Part shown: in pieces, positions 1 to 9,656 of the stretch
Layout of the letters: each line of letters opens with the position of its first letter
Position numbering within the stretch: position 1 is the stretch's first letter
IMG/VR virus record: IMGVR_UViG_3300021431_000124
Span: 3,107-67,106 of that record
Length of the DNA stretch: 64,000 nt
Direction: 5' to 3' (one strand)
Source of the DNA: a virus
Lineage: Duplodnaviria; Caudoviricetes
Translations under genes and position numbers: made by a program
Notes under the pieces: model-generated
Database searches by the model: none
What the model was told of the DNA's origin: nothing
What the model saw: only the letters and a program-made list of their open reading frames with translations

Positions 1-647
1 ATCTTTTCTGTTTCTTGAACATTATCTTTGCTATCAAGAATTGTATTAGTTAGCTCATTTACGACATTGGTCAAGTCTGGTTTTCTAACACCTGCTTTTG
101 CAAAATCAAAATTATTTATAGATTCCAAAACGTCTATCGTTGAGGCGTTCATTTCTTTAATGCCATTATATTCTTTGCGTGATTCTGCAAGATAATCAAT
201 AATGTTTTGCGCATTGTCTGCAATTGGTTTTTGATCCATTGATGCAAATGGTTCTTCTTTTAGCGTGCCTTCCAGCGCACCTTCTTCATACGCCGTAAAC
301 TGGTCACTTATCTTTTGCATGTATTCTTTAAACAGATCAAGTTCAACAACCATAGAGCTTAAATCACCTTGTTCGCTCAATGATTTGATTGTTTCCGTAA
401 CTTCGTCTGCATGTTCTTTGAATCCATCAGGCGCATTCTTAAACATGTCTTCCATCTTTTTATTAACAGCTTGTGCAAACTGTTTTGCTTCCGCAGGCAT
501 TTTATTTAAGATTTCTGTTGCTGCATCTGTTTCTACTGTCTCAACATCCTGTGTATCTTGCGACTGCTGTTCTTGATCTTCTGGCTGTTCGGCTGGCTGT
601 TGTCGTTGTTGTTCACCATCTGCTTCAATATATCGTTTTGGTATCAT
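1..647 (-). CDS. Acidic hypothetical protein, partial (runs off window edge)
   Basis: ATG at 647 with upstream AGGA; manually read open frame MIPKRYIEADGEQQRQQ... with no stop before base 1. Confidence 0.7.
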   Translation of the reverse strand, partial: MIPKRYIEADGEQQRQQPAEQPEDQEQQSQDTQDVETVETDAATEILNKMPAEAKQFAQAVNKKMEDMFKNAPDGFKEHADEVTETIKSLSEQGDLSSMVVELDLFKEYMQKISDQFTAYEEGALEGTLKEEPFASMDQKPIADNAQNIIDYLAESRKEYNGIKEMNASTIDVLESINNFDFAKAGVRKPDLTNVVNELTNTILDSKDNVQETEK

Positions 648-734
648 AATATTATTTCCTAAAAAAATAGCCACAACATGTGTGGCTATATGATTGATAA
701 AATAAACAAAGCTAATATAACATAGATATGTTTA

Positions 735-1583
735 TTATTTTTGCGCTGCGGCGAGTGCGTCAATCAATTTCTGCTTGCTTGGTTTTTTCTTGAATGTAAT
801 ATTGCTTGCTTTTGCTAAATCCAAAAGGTCACTATATGACATTTTCTCAAGTTCTAACTTAGCATTTTCTTCAACGACATCGATCTGCTTTGGAAGCAAT
901 GACTCATCAACGGTATCACCGTCAACGCGTTTACCTTCTGATTCATCATCCTCATCATCTTCTGTCTGCATTTCAGTTTCACGCTTTGCTTCTACTGGCT
1001 GCTCCATTTTTTCCGACGCGAGTTCTTTTCCATTATCTTCTGCGACTTCAACCATATCGCCGCCACTCATTTCTTGTTTCGCCGATTCTTCTTTTTCAAC
1101 GACTGGCTGCACAACTGGTTCTTCTGCTTTTTTTTCAACAACAGATTCTTGCTTCTGGTCATCTACAATAACAGATTCCATTTGTTTAAGTTGAGCCTGC
1201 TTTATTCTTTCCTGAATCTTAGGGTTTGAAAATAATTTTGAATGTTTATGATCCGAAACACTGAATGATGTCGAACCAATAGAACCAGCTTCATGCTCAA
1301 CCCTACGAGGTTTGTCATTAAGGATTGATTCCTTCATGTTTTCTGTCGCATTGATTGATTTATTTAAAATCTGCTGTGCTTTGTCTTGTGTCATGATTCT
1401 AAGGCTAACATTGAGCGCCGAATATCTGTGATATTTTACAATCTGCTCATCTGTCAGATTCCCAAGATAAATGCACTTGCCAGAACCAAGTGTAAAATTC
1501 TCAGACCGCAGGTGCGTTGAAATAGACACATTGCGTGTGCTAAGATTGATAAGATAATACTTCTGTGATGTCTGATTACTCAT
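735..1583 (-). CDS. Hypothetical protein with acidic linker and C-terminal Rho-N/HeH-like helical domain
   Basis: 282-aa ORF, AGGAG RBS; C-terminus LEKMSYSDLLDLAKASNITFKKKPSKQKLIDAL resembles Rho_N/SAP-like modules. Confidence 0.65.
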   Translation of the reverse strand: MSNQTSQKYYLINLSTRNVSISTHLRSENFTLGSGKCIYLGNLTDEQIVKYHRYSALNVSLRIMTQDKAQQILNKSINATENMKESILNDKPRRVEHEAGSIGSTSFSVSDHKHSKLFSNPKIQERIKQAQLKQMESVIVDDQKQESVVEKKAEEPVVQPVVEKEESAKQEMSGGDMVEVAEDNGKELASEKMEQPVEAKRETEMQTEDDEDDESEGKRVDGDTVDESLLPKQIDVVEENAKLELEKMSYSDLLDLAKASNITFKKKPSKQKLIDALAAAQK

Positions 1584-1863
1584 TGTAAACTCCTATTATT
1601 TGTAAATGATGTTTAGTCATCGAAACTTTTGAAAATTAAATGAGACGCATCAATTTTAGAATTTCCGCACAAAGCGTCTGCATTCTCGATATTATCACAA
1701 TTTGAGCAATTAGTGCAATAAAAAATATTATGACATGATGAGCAATTTTCTGATTCCATACACGCCACGCAAGCACTGCATTCGGCACAATTGGAACAGT
1801 CGGTGCAAACATCACAATCAACACATCCAATGCAATTATTGCAATTTGTACAATTCATGCAAT

Positions 1864-1995
1864 GTGAACTACCACGCACCTAAAGGTTGCGTGGCTTCTC
1901 GTGCAAGAACATCACTTAACGAAACAAGTCCGTCAGTATGACACTCAGTAAGCGAGCTATCCCCGTCGTCCCGACGGTTCAATATCCTTAGACCT
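1864..1995 (-). ncRNA. Cognate omegaRNA/reRNA scaffold of the TnpB element (guide would be flank ATTGCATGAATTG...)
   Basis: ACCGTCGGGACGACGGG hairpin through the right-end hairpin overlaps the tnpB 3' end, as established for IS200/IS605; 5' limit approximate. Confidence 0.75.
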
Positions 1996-3092
1996 TCACG
2001 GTCTATATTACTTGAGGCATTCAAATCTCTGTCATGGATTTCGCCGCATTCATAGCACGTCCACTCCCTGACTTTCAATGCTTTGATGCCTCTCAATTTT
2101 TTGTTTTGGAATCCACATCCTGAACATAGCTGTGTAGATGGAAAGTAGCGATCTATCTTAACAATAGTTCTACCATACCATTCAGCCTTATATTCAAGCA
2201 TATTCACGAATTTGCTAAACGAAGCGTCAGCGACGGATTTAGCAATGCTGTGGTTTGCTTCCATACCTTTAACAGATAAGTCTTCTAAGCTAATCACTTG
2301 GTTTTCGCGAATCAGCTTAGTTGACAATTTTTGCAAAAAATCTTTTCTCTGATTCTTTATCTTCTGGTGGCACTTAGCCACCTTTATCCTCAGTTTTTCG
2401 TGATTCTTAGAATCTTTAACAGTCTTGGCAAAAGCACGCTGTCGCTTTGCTAACTTTTCTTCTGATTTTCTAAAGAATTTAGGTGTTTGAACGCGTTGTC
2501 CATCAGAGCAGACAATGAAGTCGTGCAGACCTAAATCAATGCCTATATGTTTGTCTGTCTCTGGTAATTTTTGTGTTTCTTTAACCTCGCATAGCACTGA
2601 TGCATAATATTCTCCAGAACGTTCATGCGAAACAACGACGGATTTAATTTCACCTTCGTGCTGTCTATGCTCAATAATTTTAACATAACCAACTTTAGGC
2701 AGTTTTAGCCTGTTGCCATCAAAAAATATCGTACATTTTAAGTCTTTTGATTTCGTTTTTTGGTTGTTCGTTTTATAGCTTAATCTTGAGTGTTTTTTAG
2801 ATTTGAACTGAGGGAAACCAAAGTGTTCAGGATTTTTGAAGAAATTTCGATATGCCTGTTCTAAATTTAGTTGTGCATTGGCAAGAGCTAGGCTGTCAAT
2901 ACTTTTCAGGAATGCTTTGTCGGCTTTGAAACATGCTGGTGTGACATGAAGTGTCTGCTTTGTTGCTTCATAATGCTTCGTTTTGGCATCAAGCATGAGA
3001 TTATAGACCAGTCTTGCACAACCAATATTCTGGTTGATTTTTTCAGCTTGTGCTTTAGTTGGATATAATCTGAATTTGAAAGCCTTTAGCAT
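1869..3092 (-). CDS. tnpB: TnpB RNA-guided endonuclease, catalytic residues intact
   Basis: N-terminal KAFKFRLYPT; RuvC motifs IGIDLG, SLEDL, HDRDLNAS; zinc ribbon CSGC...CYEC. Confidence 0.97.
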   Translation of the reverse strand: MLKAFKFRLYPTKAQAEKINQNIGCARLVYNLMLDAKTKHYEATKQTLHVTPACFKADKAFLKSIDSLALANAQLNLEQAYRNFFKNPEHFGFPQFKSKKHSRLSYKTNNQKTKSKDLKCTIFFDGNRLKLPKVGYVKIIEHRQHEGEIKSVVVSHERSGEYYASVLCEVKETQKLPETDKHIGIDLGLHDFIVCSDGQRVQTPKFFRKSEEKLAKRQRAFAKTVKDSKNHEKLRIKVAKCHQKIKNQRKDFLQKLSTKLIRENQVISLEDLSVKGMEANHSIAKSVADASFSKFVNMLEYKAEWYGRTIVKIDRYFPSTQLCSGCGFQNKKLRGIKALKVREWTCYECGEIHDRDLNASSNIDREGLRILNRRDDGDSSLTECHTDGLVSLSDVLAREATQPLGAW

Positions 3093-3125
3093 GGTGACTA
3101 GACCGAGATACTAGACCAAGAGGAT

Positions 3126-3178
3126 GTGAGGCAGATGAGTGGTCTATGCTCACTTTTCGGACGCGACCCTAGCCTCAC
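3126..3178 (-). promoter_or_regulatory. Structured 5' leader motif upstream of tnpB
   Basis: GTGAGGC-TAGGGTCGCGTCCGAAAAG-hairpin-TGCCTCAC closing stem; similar motif at 44130-44177. Confidence 0.5.
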
Positions 3179-3318
3179 GTTATTATAGATAGCAAAGTTA
3201 TTTTGCTTTTTCAAGCCTTTTATGTTACATTCTAACCCACGGGCTAAAGCCGCGTGGGATTTCTTTTATAAGTGTTAAACAATTATTACAATTTATGCAA
3301 CCAACACAATCTTGGTTA

Positions 3319-3498
3319 TTATTTTGGTCTATCATGGATTATCAATGCCTCTGTTGTTCTATTATTTTTAGAAAGTTTATTGTTTTTATTTTTCATCTCT
3401 AAATTCTTTTTGTGTTCAATTTCTCTTATTTCATCTTCTGTATAGATACGAGTTTGTTTAAATGCAGAAACGACAGTGCCAGAAGTAACATTAGACAT
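3319..3498 (-). CDS. Small hypothetical protein (59 aa)
   Basis: Manually read ORF MSNVTSGTVVSAFKQ...HDRPK with GGAG RBS; overlaps start of the Cys-rich gene. Confidence 0.5.
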   Translation of the reverse strand: MSNVTSGTVVSAFKQTRIYTEDEIREIEHKKNLEMKNKNNKLSKNNRTTEALIIHDRPK

Positions 3499-3531
3499 GT
3501 GAATTTCTCCGTTGTTGTTTGTTATTATTCA

Positions 3532-4155
3532 CTAAGCATATTTCAGCTTGATATTGACTTTTTCTAAAAATGGAATTCTTTGTGACTTATCATTCCATAT
3601 TGTCATCATTATCTTTTGTTTTTTATCATATTCATCTTTGTCCAAAACTTCTGATTTACGCATTGGCACAAAACTCTTTGCAACTGAATCTGCATGTTCC
3701 GTTAATGTAACATAAATAGCGACATCCTGTTTGCCTGTATTTGTTATGCCAGTGACAAACAAATATCCCTCTTTTGTGTCGTAATCAATTTTCATTATTT
3801 TTAAAAATTCATTTGCAATATTCAAAGCAAACGATGGCTCATAAAATACTTCTTCACGATTCATGCAAATACATGAAGTGTCGCCGAGCTTTTCCCTCAA
3901 ATCATCCAAGTAATCATCATTGTCCATTTCCTGTAATAAGAAATATGTCGTTAGCTCACTGGATAACTTCTTATATGCTTTTTCTTCTTTTACGTTGTTT
4001 ATTTGGCAATATAATTCAATCCACTGTCTTTCAGAAGTTACATGTTCTCTCTTTAAAAAAGATTCCAATATGAAGTCATAATCTTCTTTTTGATCAATGC
4101 GCTGATATATTCTTACCATATCATGTTTCCCGAAATTGGTTGAAAAGAATGCCAA
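3532..4155 (-). CDS. Hypothetical protein
   Basis: 207-aa ORF, no recognised motif; true start may be downstream. Confidence 0.6.
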   Translation of the reverse strand: MAFFSTNFGKHDMVRIYQRIDQKEDYDFILESFLKREHVTSERQWIELYCQINNVKEEKAYKKLSSELTTYFLLQEMDNDDYLDDLREKLGDTSCICMNREEVFYEPSFALNIANEFLKIMKIDYDTKEGYLFVTGITNTGKQDVAIYVTLTEHADSVAKSFVPMRKSEVLDKDEYDKKQKIMMTIWNDKSQRIPFLEKVNIKLKYA

Positions 4156-4244
4156 AAGGCAATATTATTGTAGATAGAAAAGATAGTGTTTGTCTATCTA
4201 ATACACAAATAGATTATGCTTTTCTTTTTTTATAGGTATCCATT

Positions 4245-4898
4245 ATGGCAGTAGTTACTAGCAGTTATAGATCATTAAATGCACGTTGGCTATGGAATTT
4301 AGCCAATGAGAAAAAGTCTTTATTCGTTGGCGTATCAAAGCTATCAACAGAACAAACAATTACTGTCGATGGCAAGCCAACAATTATAAGCGATATTGAT
4401 ATAAATGACAATGATGGAAATGATGCAATAAACAAATCTGATTTTTTTGTCCGTGCTTATGCTGATTTCGTTAGAGAATCAGACAATACAGATTGGGATG
4501 TTCAATTATTAACACGACAAATGTATGGCACTGATCCTTATCGTGTCGTTGACGAACATACCTTTTTAGACAGACATCAATACTGGAAAATATTGACACC
4601 AGAAGAAGCATTAAACCAGAATTGCTATAACATCTTTTTTAACTTCACAATAAAAGATGAAGACCATGCGCATGACACATTGTTTAAAGGTCTAAGACAC
4701 TTCTATGTTTTTGACAACCTGCTATACAAAAATGTTGAGATAGCAGAAAATATAGATTTCATAAAAAAAGACGACACAGACCCAGACTATTCTGCATCAA
4801 ACTTTACTGCTGGCAATATAATAATTATTGATGATTTCGTTTCACTGGATGTGCCCGATTACTTCAATACACAAATAAAATATCTCATTTCTTTTTAG
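4245..4898 (+). CDS. Hypothetical protein, possibly virion-associated
   Basis: 217-aa ORF, AGGT RBS, preceded by CTATCTAATA motif. Confidence 0.65.
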   Translation: MAVVTSSYRSLNARWLWNLANEKKSLFVGVSKLSTEQTITVDGKPTIISDIDINDNDGNDAINKSDFFVRAYADFVRESDNTDWDVQLLTRQMYGTDPYRVVDEHTFLDRHQYWKILTPEEALNQNCYNIFFNFTIKDEDHAHDTLFKGLRHFYVFDNLLYKNVEIAENIDFIKKDDTDPDYSASNFTAGNIIIIDDFVSLDVPDYFNTQIKYLISF

Positions 4899-4983
4899 TT
4901 GTAGCAGATGTAGGTGTGTGTAGTTTTGTTTGTTATCTAATATAATATCGGGGGATTGATAAGAACAATAAGGAGACTAAATC

Positions 4984-5385
4984 ATGTCAATAATAATAGA
5001 ATTTCTAAAAAAACATATAGTTCCAATCGTTATATTCGTCGTCGCTGGCATCGTTCTGTGCGTATTAAACATAAGGCTTTCAATACTCAAAAAAGAAAAT
5101 GATGATCTGCGTGCAAAAATTGAACAAAAAGATCAAAGCATAGAAAGTTTGAAAGTAAACATATCTAAACTTGAAAGCATTATCAGGGAAAAAGACAAGC
5201 AAAGAGAAATTGAAGACGCCCTGATTGAGCAGAAGCAAGAAAACGAAAAAGAATTAGTCTGTGAAAAGAACGACAAAATCGAACAGCTAGAAACATTAAA
5301 GGAGACTAACGATGAGGTTAAAAACTGGTGTGATGAGCCGATACCAAGCGATGTCTCAACGCTCTTTATTCTTGGGTTGCAATAA
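4984..5385 (+). CDS. Rz: i-spanin (Rz-like)
   Basis: N-terminal TM helix, long coiled coil, C-terminal WCDEPIPSDV motif, overlaps lipoprotein gene. Confidence 0.8.
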   Translation: MSIIIEFLKKHIVPIVIFVVAGIVLCVLNIRLSILKKENDDLRAKIEQKDQSIESLKVNISKLESIIREKDKQREIEDALIEQKQENEKELVCEKNDKIEQLETLKETNDEVKNWCDEPIPSDVSTLFILGLQ

Positions 5386-5710
5386 TATTTTCCTTTTTGT
5401 TTTCATTATTGTTTGCGGTCTGTTCATTGTCTGCGGATGCAAAACAACCGAAACAATATATAAAACTGAAATCGAATATGTTGTAATAAAGCCTAGCAAT
5501 GCACTTTTAGAAGAATGTGCGCCATTGCAGACAAAAGAAATAAAAACAAATGGCGACCTCGCTGCCGCTTATACTTCTTTAATGTTTGATTACATGATTT
5601 GTTCAAACAAGTTAAAAACAATCAAACAATTCTATTCTGAGTATAACAACAATAGCGACGGCAGCGGTAGTCAGTTCGTAATTTCTGGGACAACTAGCAG
5701 CGAAGAATAA
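5312..5710 (+). CDS. Rz1: o-spanin (Rz1-like lipoprotein); true start probably near 5350
   Basis: Hydrophobic signal ending in lipobox-like IVCG-C, then PSNALLEEC...DLAAAY pattern typical of o-spanins. Confidence 0.78.
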   Translation: MRLKTGVMSRYQAMSQRSLFLGCNNIFLFVFIIVCGLFIVCGCKTTETIYKTEIEYVVIKPSNALLEECAPLQTKEIKTNGDLAAAYTSLMFDYMICSNKLKTIKQFYSEYNNNSDGSGSQFVISGTTSSEE

Positions 5711-5714
5711 CAGA

Positions 5715-5745
5715 AAAGCCAACCTTAATTTGGTTGGCTTTCTTT
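5715..5745. terminator. Intrinsic terminator hairpin
   Basis: AAAGCCAACC / GGTTGGCTTT inverted repeat after spanin genes. Confidence 0.7.
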
Positions 5746-5759
5746 GTTTATGGGGGTTA

Positions 5760-5861
5760 ATGATGTCAAACAAAATTTGGAATATTGTTCAAATTGTTTT
5801 AGTTGTTTTTGGATTGTTATATTTCGCAATAGTTTTTGCTCACTTCATAATCACAAAATAA
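5760..5861 (+). CDS. Small single-TM membrane protein (33 aa)
   Basis: Manually read MMSNKIWNIVQIVLVVFGLLYFAIVFAHFIITK with GGGGG RBS. Confidence 0.5.
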   Translation: MMSNKIWNIVQIVLVVFGLLYFAIVFAHFIITK

Positions 5862-5862
5862 T

Positions 5863-7026
5863 CTACATTATATTATCTGTTGCGGTTGGATCCCACTGAA
5901 GTAGCATATTTCCACCGACAGCAACAAATTGACCATTGTTATAATAATTTCCTTTTGTCGATTTAGCTGCACGGAATATATCAGTATCTAAGTAGCCTTT
6001 AAATGTATCACCTTTAACTATATAATAAGCTGAACTTGATGGGGATACATACGATGTATTAGATGCTGCACCGAATGGACACCATCTTGTTACATCAGCA
6101 GAAGTACTATTTGTTATATTTGTTGATAAAAGTTCACTTTGTAACACTCCAAATGCTGTGCTGTAATAACATATCCAATCTCCATTAGCATTACAGAAAC
6201 AGCCACAGTTATTATAAAGACTAGAATTATCATCATAATAACCAATATTTCTACCAATCACATTATTATATGTAAAGAAGTTTCTAGTTGTTTGGTTTTC
6301 GGAAGAATTACTAAATTTAAAAACTCCATATTTTGATTGAGGTGTAGTATCTTCTGTGTGAGCTAAAGTTCCAAATATTTTACCTAAAGCATAATAAGGA
6401 ATTAATTCTGCTCTTTGCTGCGAGTTAGAATAAGAAGAAAAATATATAATTGTTTCTTCGTTTATCAACAATCCTAAAGAATAAGTAAATCCATTACCGT
6501 ACATGTCTAAATTCGATCTTATATATGAAGATGTCGTTGTTGACGATGATGATGAATAATTCATTCCATCTGCTACAACCCTTGTAGCATCACTAGGAAA
6601 CCTATCCGTATTTGATGTTATTTCAGACAAAAATTCAGAACTAGAATTCTTAGGTATAATAGACATTGCTATACCATTACACCAAACCTTATATGTATCA
6701 TTTTTAAACAAACAACAGTCAGCACAATTATATTGTGGAAATATATTATAATTAACGCTACTAGAATTTAAACTAATTGCAAAGCACGACACATAAAGCT
6801 TGCATCCAGAATTTGTATTTCTGAAAAGAAGAAATGGATACTTACCTGAACTACCGCAATCAATATCCAAATAACTTTCTGTTGTTTGGCATCTCGAATC
6901 AAGTTCCCAACCAGTTCCACTTGTTGTTATCATTTCAGCAAGCGTCGTAACAATCTTTTTGCATCTTGGCAAGTACGAACTTGACAAATCGGTGTACATA
7001 ACCAAATCCCTGCGAACGAATTTCAT
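5863..7026 (-). CDS. Tandem paralog 4 of ~400-aa beta-rich family (putative tail/receptor-binding)
   Basis: Shares GCKL(Y/F), PSDATR, GD(T/G)FKGYLDT and C-terminal GW/QW-D motifs with neighbours. Confidence 0.7.
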   Translation of the reverse strand: MKFVRRDLVMYTDLSSSYLPRCKKIVTTLAEMITTSGTGWELDSRCQTTESYLDIDCGSSGKYPFLLFRNTNSGCKLYVSCFAISLNSSSVNYNIFPQYNCADCCLFKNDTYKVWCNGIAMSIIPKNSSSEFLSEITSNTDRFPSDATRVVADGMNYSSSSSTTTSSYIRSNLDMYGNGFTYSLGLLINEETIIYFSSYSNSQQRAELIPYYALGKIFGTLAHTEDTTPQSKYGVFKFSNSSENQTTRNFFTYNNVIGRNIGYYDDNSSLYNNCGCFCNANGDWICYYSTAFGVLQSELLSTNITNSTSADVTRWCPFGAASNTSYVSPSSSAYYIVKGDTFKGYLDTDIFRAAKSTKGNYYNNGQFVAVGGNMLLQWDPTATDNIM

Positions 7027-7067
7027 GATATTTCTCCTATATTCTATATGATTTATTTATAATATTT

Positions 7068-8378
7068 TTAAGAAAGTGCCAATTCCAGCCAAGAATCAAC
7101 GTTGTTTATGTCTGGATTCGATGGATCCCAACCGACGTATGCGCAAGGGAACATCTCATTCTGGCCTGCTGAAGCGGGGGTTGATCCTGCGCTGGATATA
7201 CTAACTGGACGACCAGTTCCATAAATTTGATACCCGACATACCCCCCTTTGCTATATAATCCTGCCGTGTTTGAATACATAGTTGTCGGGCATATCGCGA
7301 TCATATCCCCCCCCATAATCGGTGTACCTGCATCTGGCAGTGTAAGACGATAGGGATATGTTACAGAGTTACAGCAGAGCAATTCGTTCTTTACAACTCC
7401 TTTAACTAATAGGTTTAACCCACTAATTTTATTAACATTCCTGTTTAAAGTGGACAAATAACAGCTTTCATAAGGGATTTTTGTGGTAGTTGATGAAAGA
7501 AATGCCACACCAGACGGAACAAGTGCGAGACACGAATACGTACTATTTGTCGATATATTAGTGCTAAACGCTCTGCCGCCAGAAGAATCTAGGCATTCAT
7601 TATTTCTAAGATCAATCGCGTAAACATAATCCCTTGAAAAATTTGACGTTTCCGTGGCATTGTAACCAACGATTAATTTTGCGATACCGAACGAATCATC
7701 TGGGTCACAAATAGACGAAAACGCATCCCCAGACTCAATGCAGCAATCGTTACGGTTCGGCCCGTGAAATGTGATAACATCCCTCCCCTTCGTGGCGACA
7801 CCGACATAAAGCGTGCTAGAAGTGGAATATATTCCCTCGCTCTCAGAAGTGGTTAAACCTGAACCTGACTCCGATCCCTCTGCACCACGTTGGGTTGAAC
7901 AGGCAAGCGCTCCTACAGGCCAACTAGTGAACGGTCCGTCATCATTAAAGTCATCAATGCTTAATGCGCTCGCAAACCCCCATCTTTTGAACTTGCGGCT
8001 AGTTGATGTATTGTTACCATCTGTACAGTATTTTGCATTTGAAACGACACTTGTAACAATTCCTGAAGCTGAATTTGCATCACCCAACGTAGCAATCATG
8101 TAATACAGATCTTCCGTTCCATATTTAAAGAAGCTCAGATAATCGTGATAGTCGCCGTTCGCATTTGCAACTCTGTAAATAACATTACCGTAGCTTTCAA
8201 AGCTCAATGCACCATTTGTCTTGCTGAAATGCCACTGCGCACCACTAAGCGCACACGACTCCATAAACGCTTTAATCCTTGCCTGATGAACCAGCAAGCA
8301 CCAGTTAGCATATGTATTGTCAGCTAAATTCGCACGAACAACCTTATATCCTTTAAATTTATATCCACCAAAAGACAT
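7068..8378 (-). CDS. Tandem paralog 3 (divergent, higher GC)
   Basis: 436-aa ORF; LVKGVVKNELLC and VGWDPSNPDI match the family C-terminal motifs loosely. Confidence 0.65.
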   Translation of the reverse strand: MSFGGYKFKGYKVVRANLADNTYANWCLLVHQARIKAFMESCALSGAQWHFSKTNGALSFESYGNVIYRVANANGDYHDYLSFFKYGTEDLYYMIATLGDANSASGIVTSVVSNAKYCTDGNNTSTSRKFKRWGFASALSIDDFNDDGPFTSWPVGALACSTQRGAEGSESGSGLTTSESEGIYSTSSTLYVGVATKGRDVITFHGPNRNDCCIESGDAFSSICDPDDSFGIAKLIVGYNATETSNFSRDYVYAIDLRNNECLDSSGGRAFSTNISTNSTYSCLALVPSGVAFLSSTTTKIPYESCYLSTLNRNVNKISGLNLLVKGVVKNELLCCNSVTYPYRLTLPDAGTPIMGGDMIAICPTTMYSNTAGLYSKGGYVGYQIYGTGRPVSISSAGSTPASAGQNEMFPCAYVGWDPSNPDINNVDSWLELALS

Positions 8379-8421
8379 AGCTAAAATCTCCTATTTATAG
8401 CACTAGAGCAATAAGTATTTC

Positions 8422-9630
8422 CTAAAGTGTATCCGTGTTTGCTGAATCCCATCCAATCATCAACATATTATTCCATCCACAAAAATTACCATTGTCATAT
8501 AATTGATTTAACGTAACTAATCCACATCTAAACAAAGAAGTATCTAAATAACCTTTAAAGCCATCACCTTGAACAATTCCATAAGTACTTAAATCATTAG
8601 TAACGACTGCAATTTCATAAGGAACCCAACGAACGGAATTACTTTGAACAGATGATGTAACCTTAGAATCTAAAATATCAACAACATTAGACATGAAACG
8701 AATATTGTTTGCGCCGCCTATTAAACGTGTACCATCAGCTTTTGTGATAGAACCATAATTATCATACCAAGAATTCGTTGAATGATTTATTGATGCTGAA
8801 AATTTATAACCATAACGATCAAATACATTGTTTGACTCATCAATTATTGGTTTTGCTCTAAATTCATAATCATAAGTCTGATATATTGAATAAGAAAAAC
8901 TAATAGAACCATAACGCGCTTGAACAAGTTGTTCATCATGTGCAAGTGTTCCAATAATTCTTCCGATAAAGTAGCTTGGTATCAGAGTACCTGCCGATCC
9001 ATCTCTGGTATATGAACCAGAAATACCCAAACAACAACAATCAACAAACAATCCATAACTATATCCACATCCTGTTGTTGCATAGCAAGCTGGTGTAAAC
9101 CACCAAGCGGCTGGACTTGATATACTACCACCTTTTTGTACATTCACTGTTCCACGAAGCAAAGTTGCATCAGATGGCAAAAAAGTAGAATCGAATGTAG
9201 TACCAAAATTACTTGAGCTTCCTGACGGAATTATAGCCATGATAGTACCACTAAGCATTTGAATATCGCTCTCAACAAAATCAAGAGCAAAATTTTCTTT
9301 TTCCAATGCAATTCCAAAATTAGAAGTACCTTGTGTAACACATAAAAATAACTTACATCCATTAGTATTTGTGAAAAACAAGCCTGGCGCAGAAAAAGAT
9401 TGAACCTCTTTCAATGTATTCCAAATAGGCACATCCTCAAAATCACTTGTTGTTGCGTTTCTGCTTGTATCTAATTGCCAACCTTTTCCACAAGAAACAA
9501 TAAAATCAGCAAAATCTTTGCATTGTGCTTTTGCTCGTTCAGTAGCATCTGATATGTTATCTCTAAAAGGCTGTCCACTCATCGGAGAAACACCGCCGAC
9601 ATAATCAAATCTTTTAAATCTGAATCCCAT
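8422..9630 (-). CDS. Tandem paralog 2 of ~400-aa family
   Basis: GCKLF, PSDAT, VRWVPY, GDGFKGYLDTSLFR motifs. Confidence 0.7.
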   Translation of the reverse strand: MGFRFKRFDYVGGVSPMSGQPFRDNISDATERAKAQCKDFADFIVSCGKGWQLDTSRNATTSDFEDVPIWNTLKEVQSFSAPGLFFTNTNGCKLFLCVTQGTSNFGIALEKENFALDFVESDIQMLSGTIMAIIPSGSSSNFGTTFDSTFLPSDATLLRGTVNVQKGGSISSPAAWWFTPACYATTGCGYSYGLFVDCCCLGISGSYTRDGSAGTLIPSYFIGRIIGTLAHDEQLVQARYGSISFSYSIYQTYDYEFRAKPIIDESNNVFDRYGYKFSASINHSTNSWYDNYGSITKADGTRLIGGANNIRFMSNVVDILDSKVTSSVQSNSVRWVPYEIAVVTNDLSTYGIVQGDGFKGYLDTSLFRCGLVTLNQLYDNGNFCGWNNMLMIGWDSANTDTL

Positions 9631-9656
9631 ACTAAGAACTCCTATTTATGATATTA

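Larger units (their letters stand above)
1864..3274 (-). mobile_element. IS200/IS605-family element, tnpB only (IS1341-like), inserted 3' of TTTAA
   Basis: Left-end hairpin CCCACGCGGCTTTAGCCCGTGGG, right-end hairpin CCACGCAACCTTTAGGTGCGTGG followed by TAGTTCAC, no target duplication, no tnpA. Confidence 0.9.
1613..3335 (-). pseudogene. Cys-rich (CxxC-repeat) protein gene interrupted by IS200/IS605 element; fragments 3335-3275 and 1863-1613
   Basis: Joining the flanks gives a 312-nt in-frame ORF MIDQNNNQDCVGCINCNNCL|NCMNCTNCNNCIGC... Confidence 0.85.

Noticed and set aside
265-1194. Plus-strand ORFs 265-576, 775-1194, 890-1171 and similar antisense ORFs across the window
   Set aside because: Ser/Leu-rich shadows of acidic minus-strand genes, without RBS
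1864-3274. IStron (group I intron-IS hybrid)
   Set aside because: Element ends in C rather than the terminal G, and the ~180-nt left region lacks group I core elements
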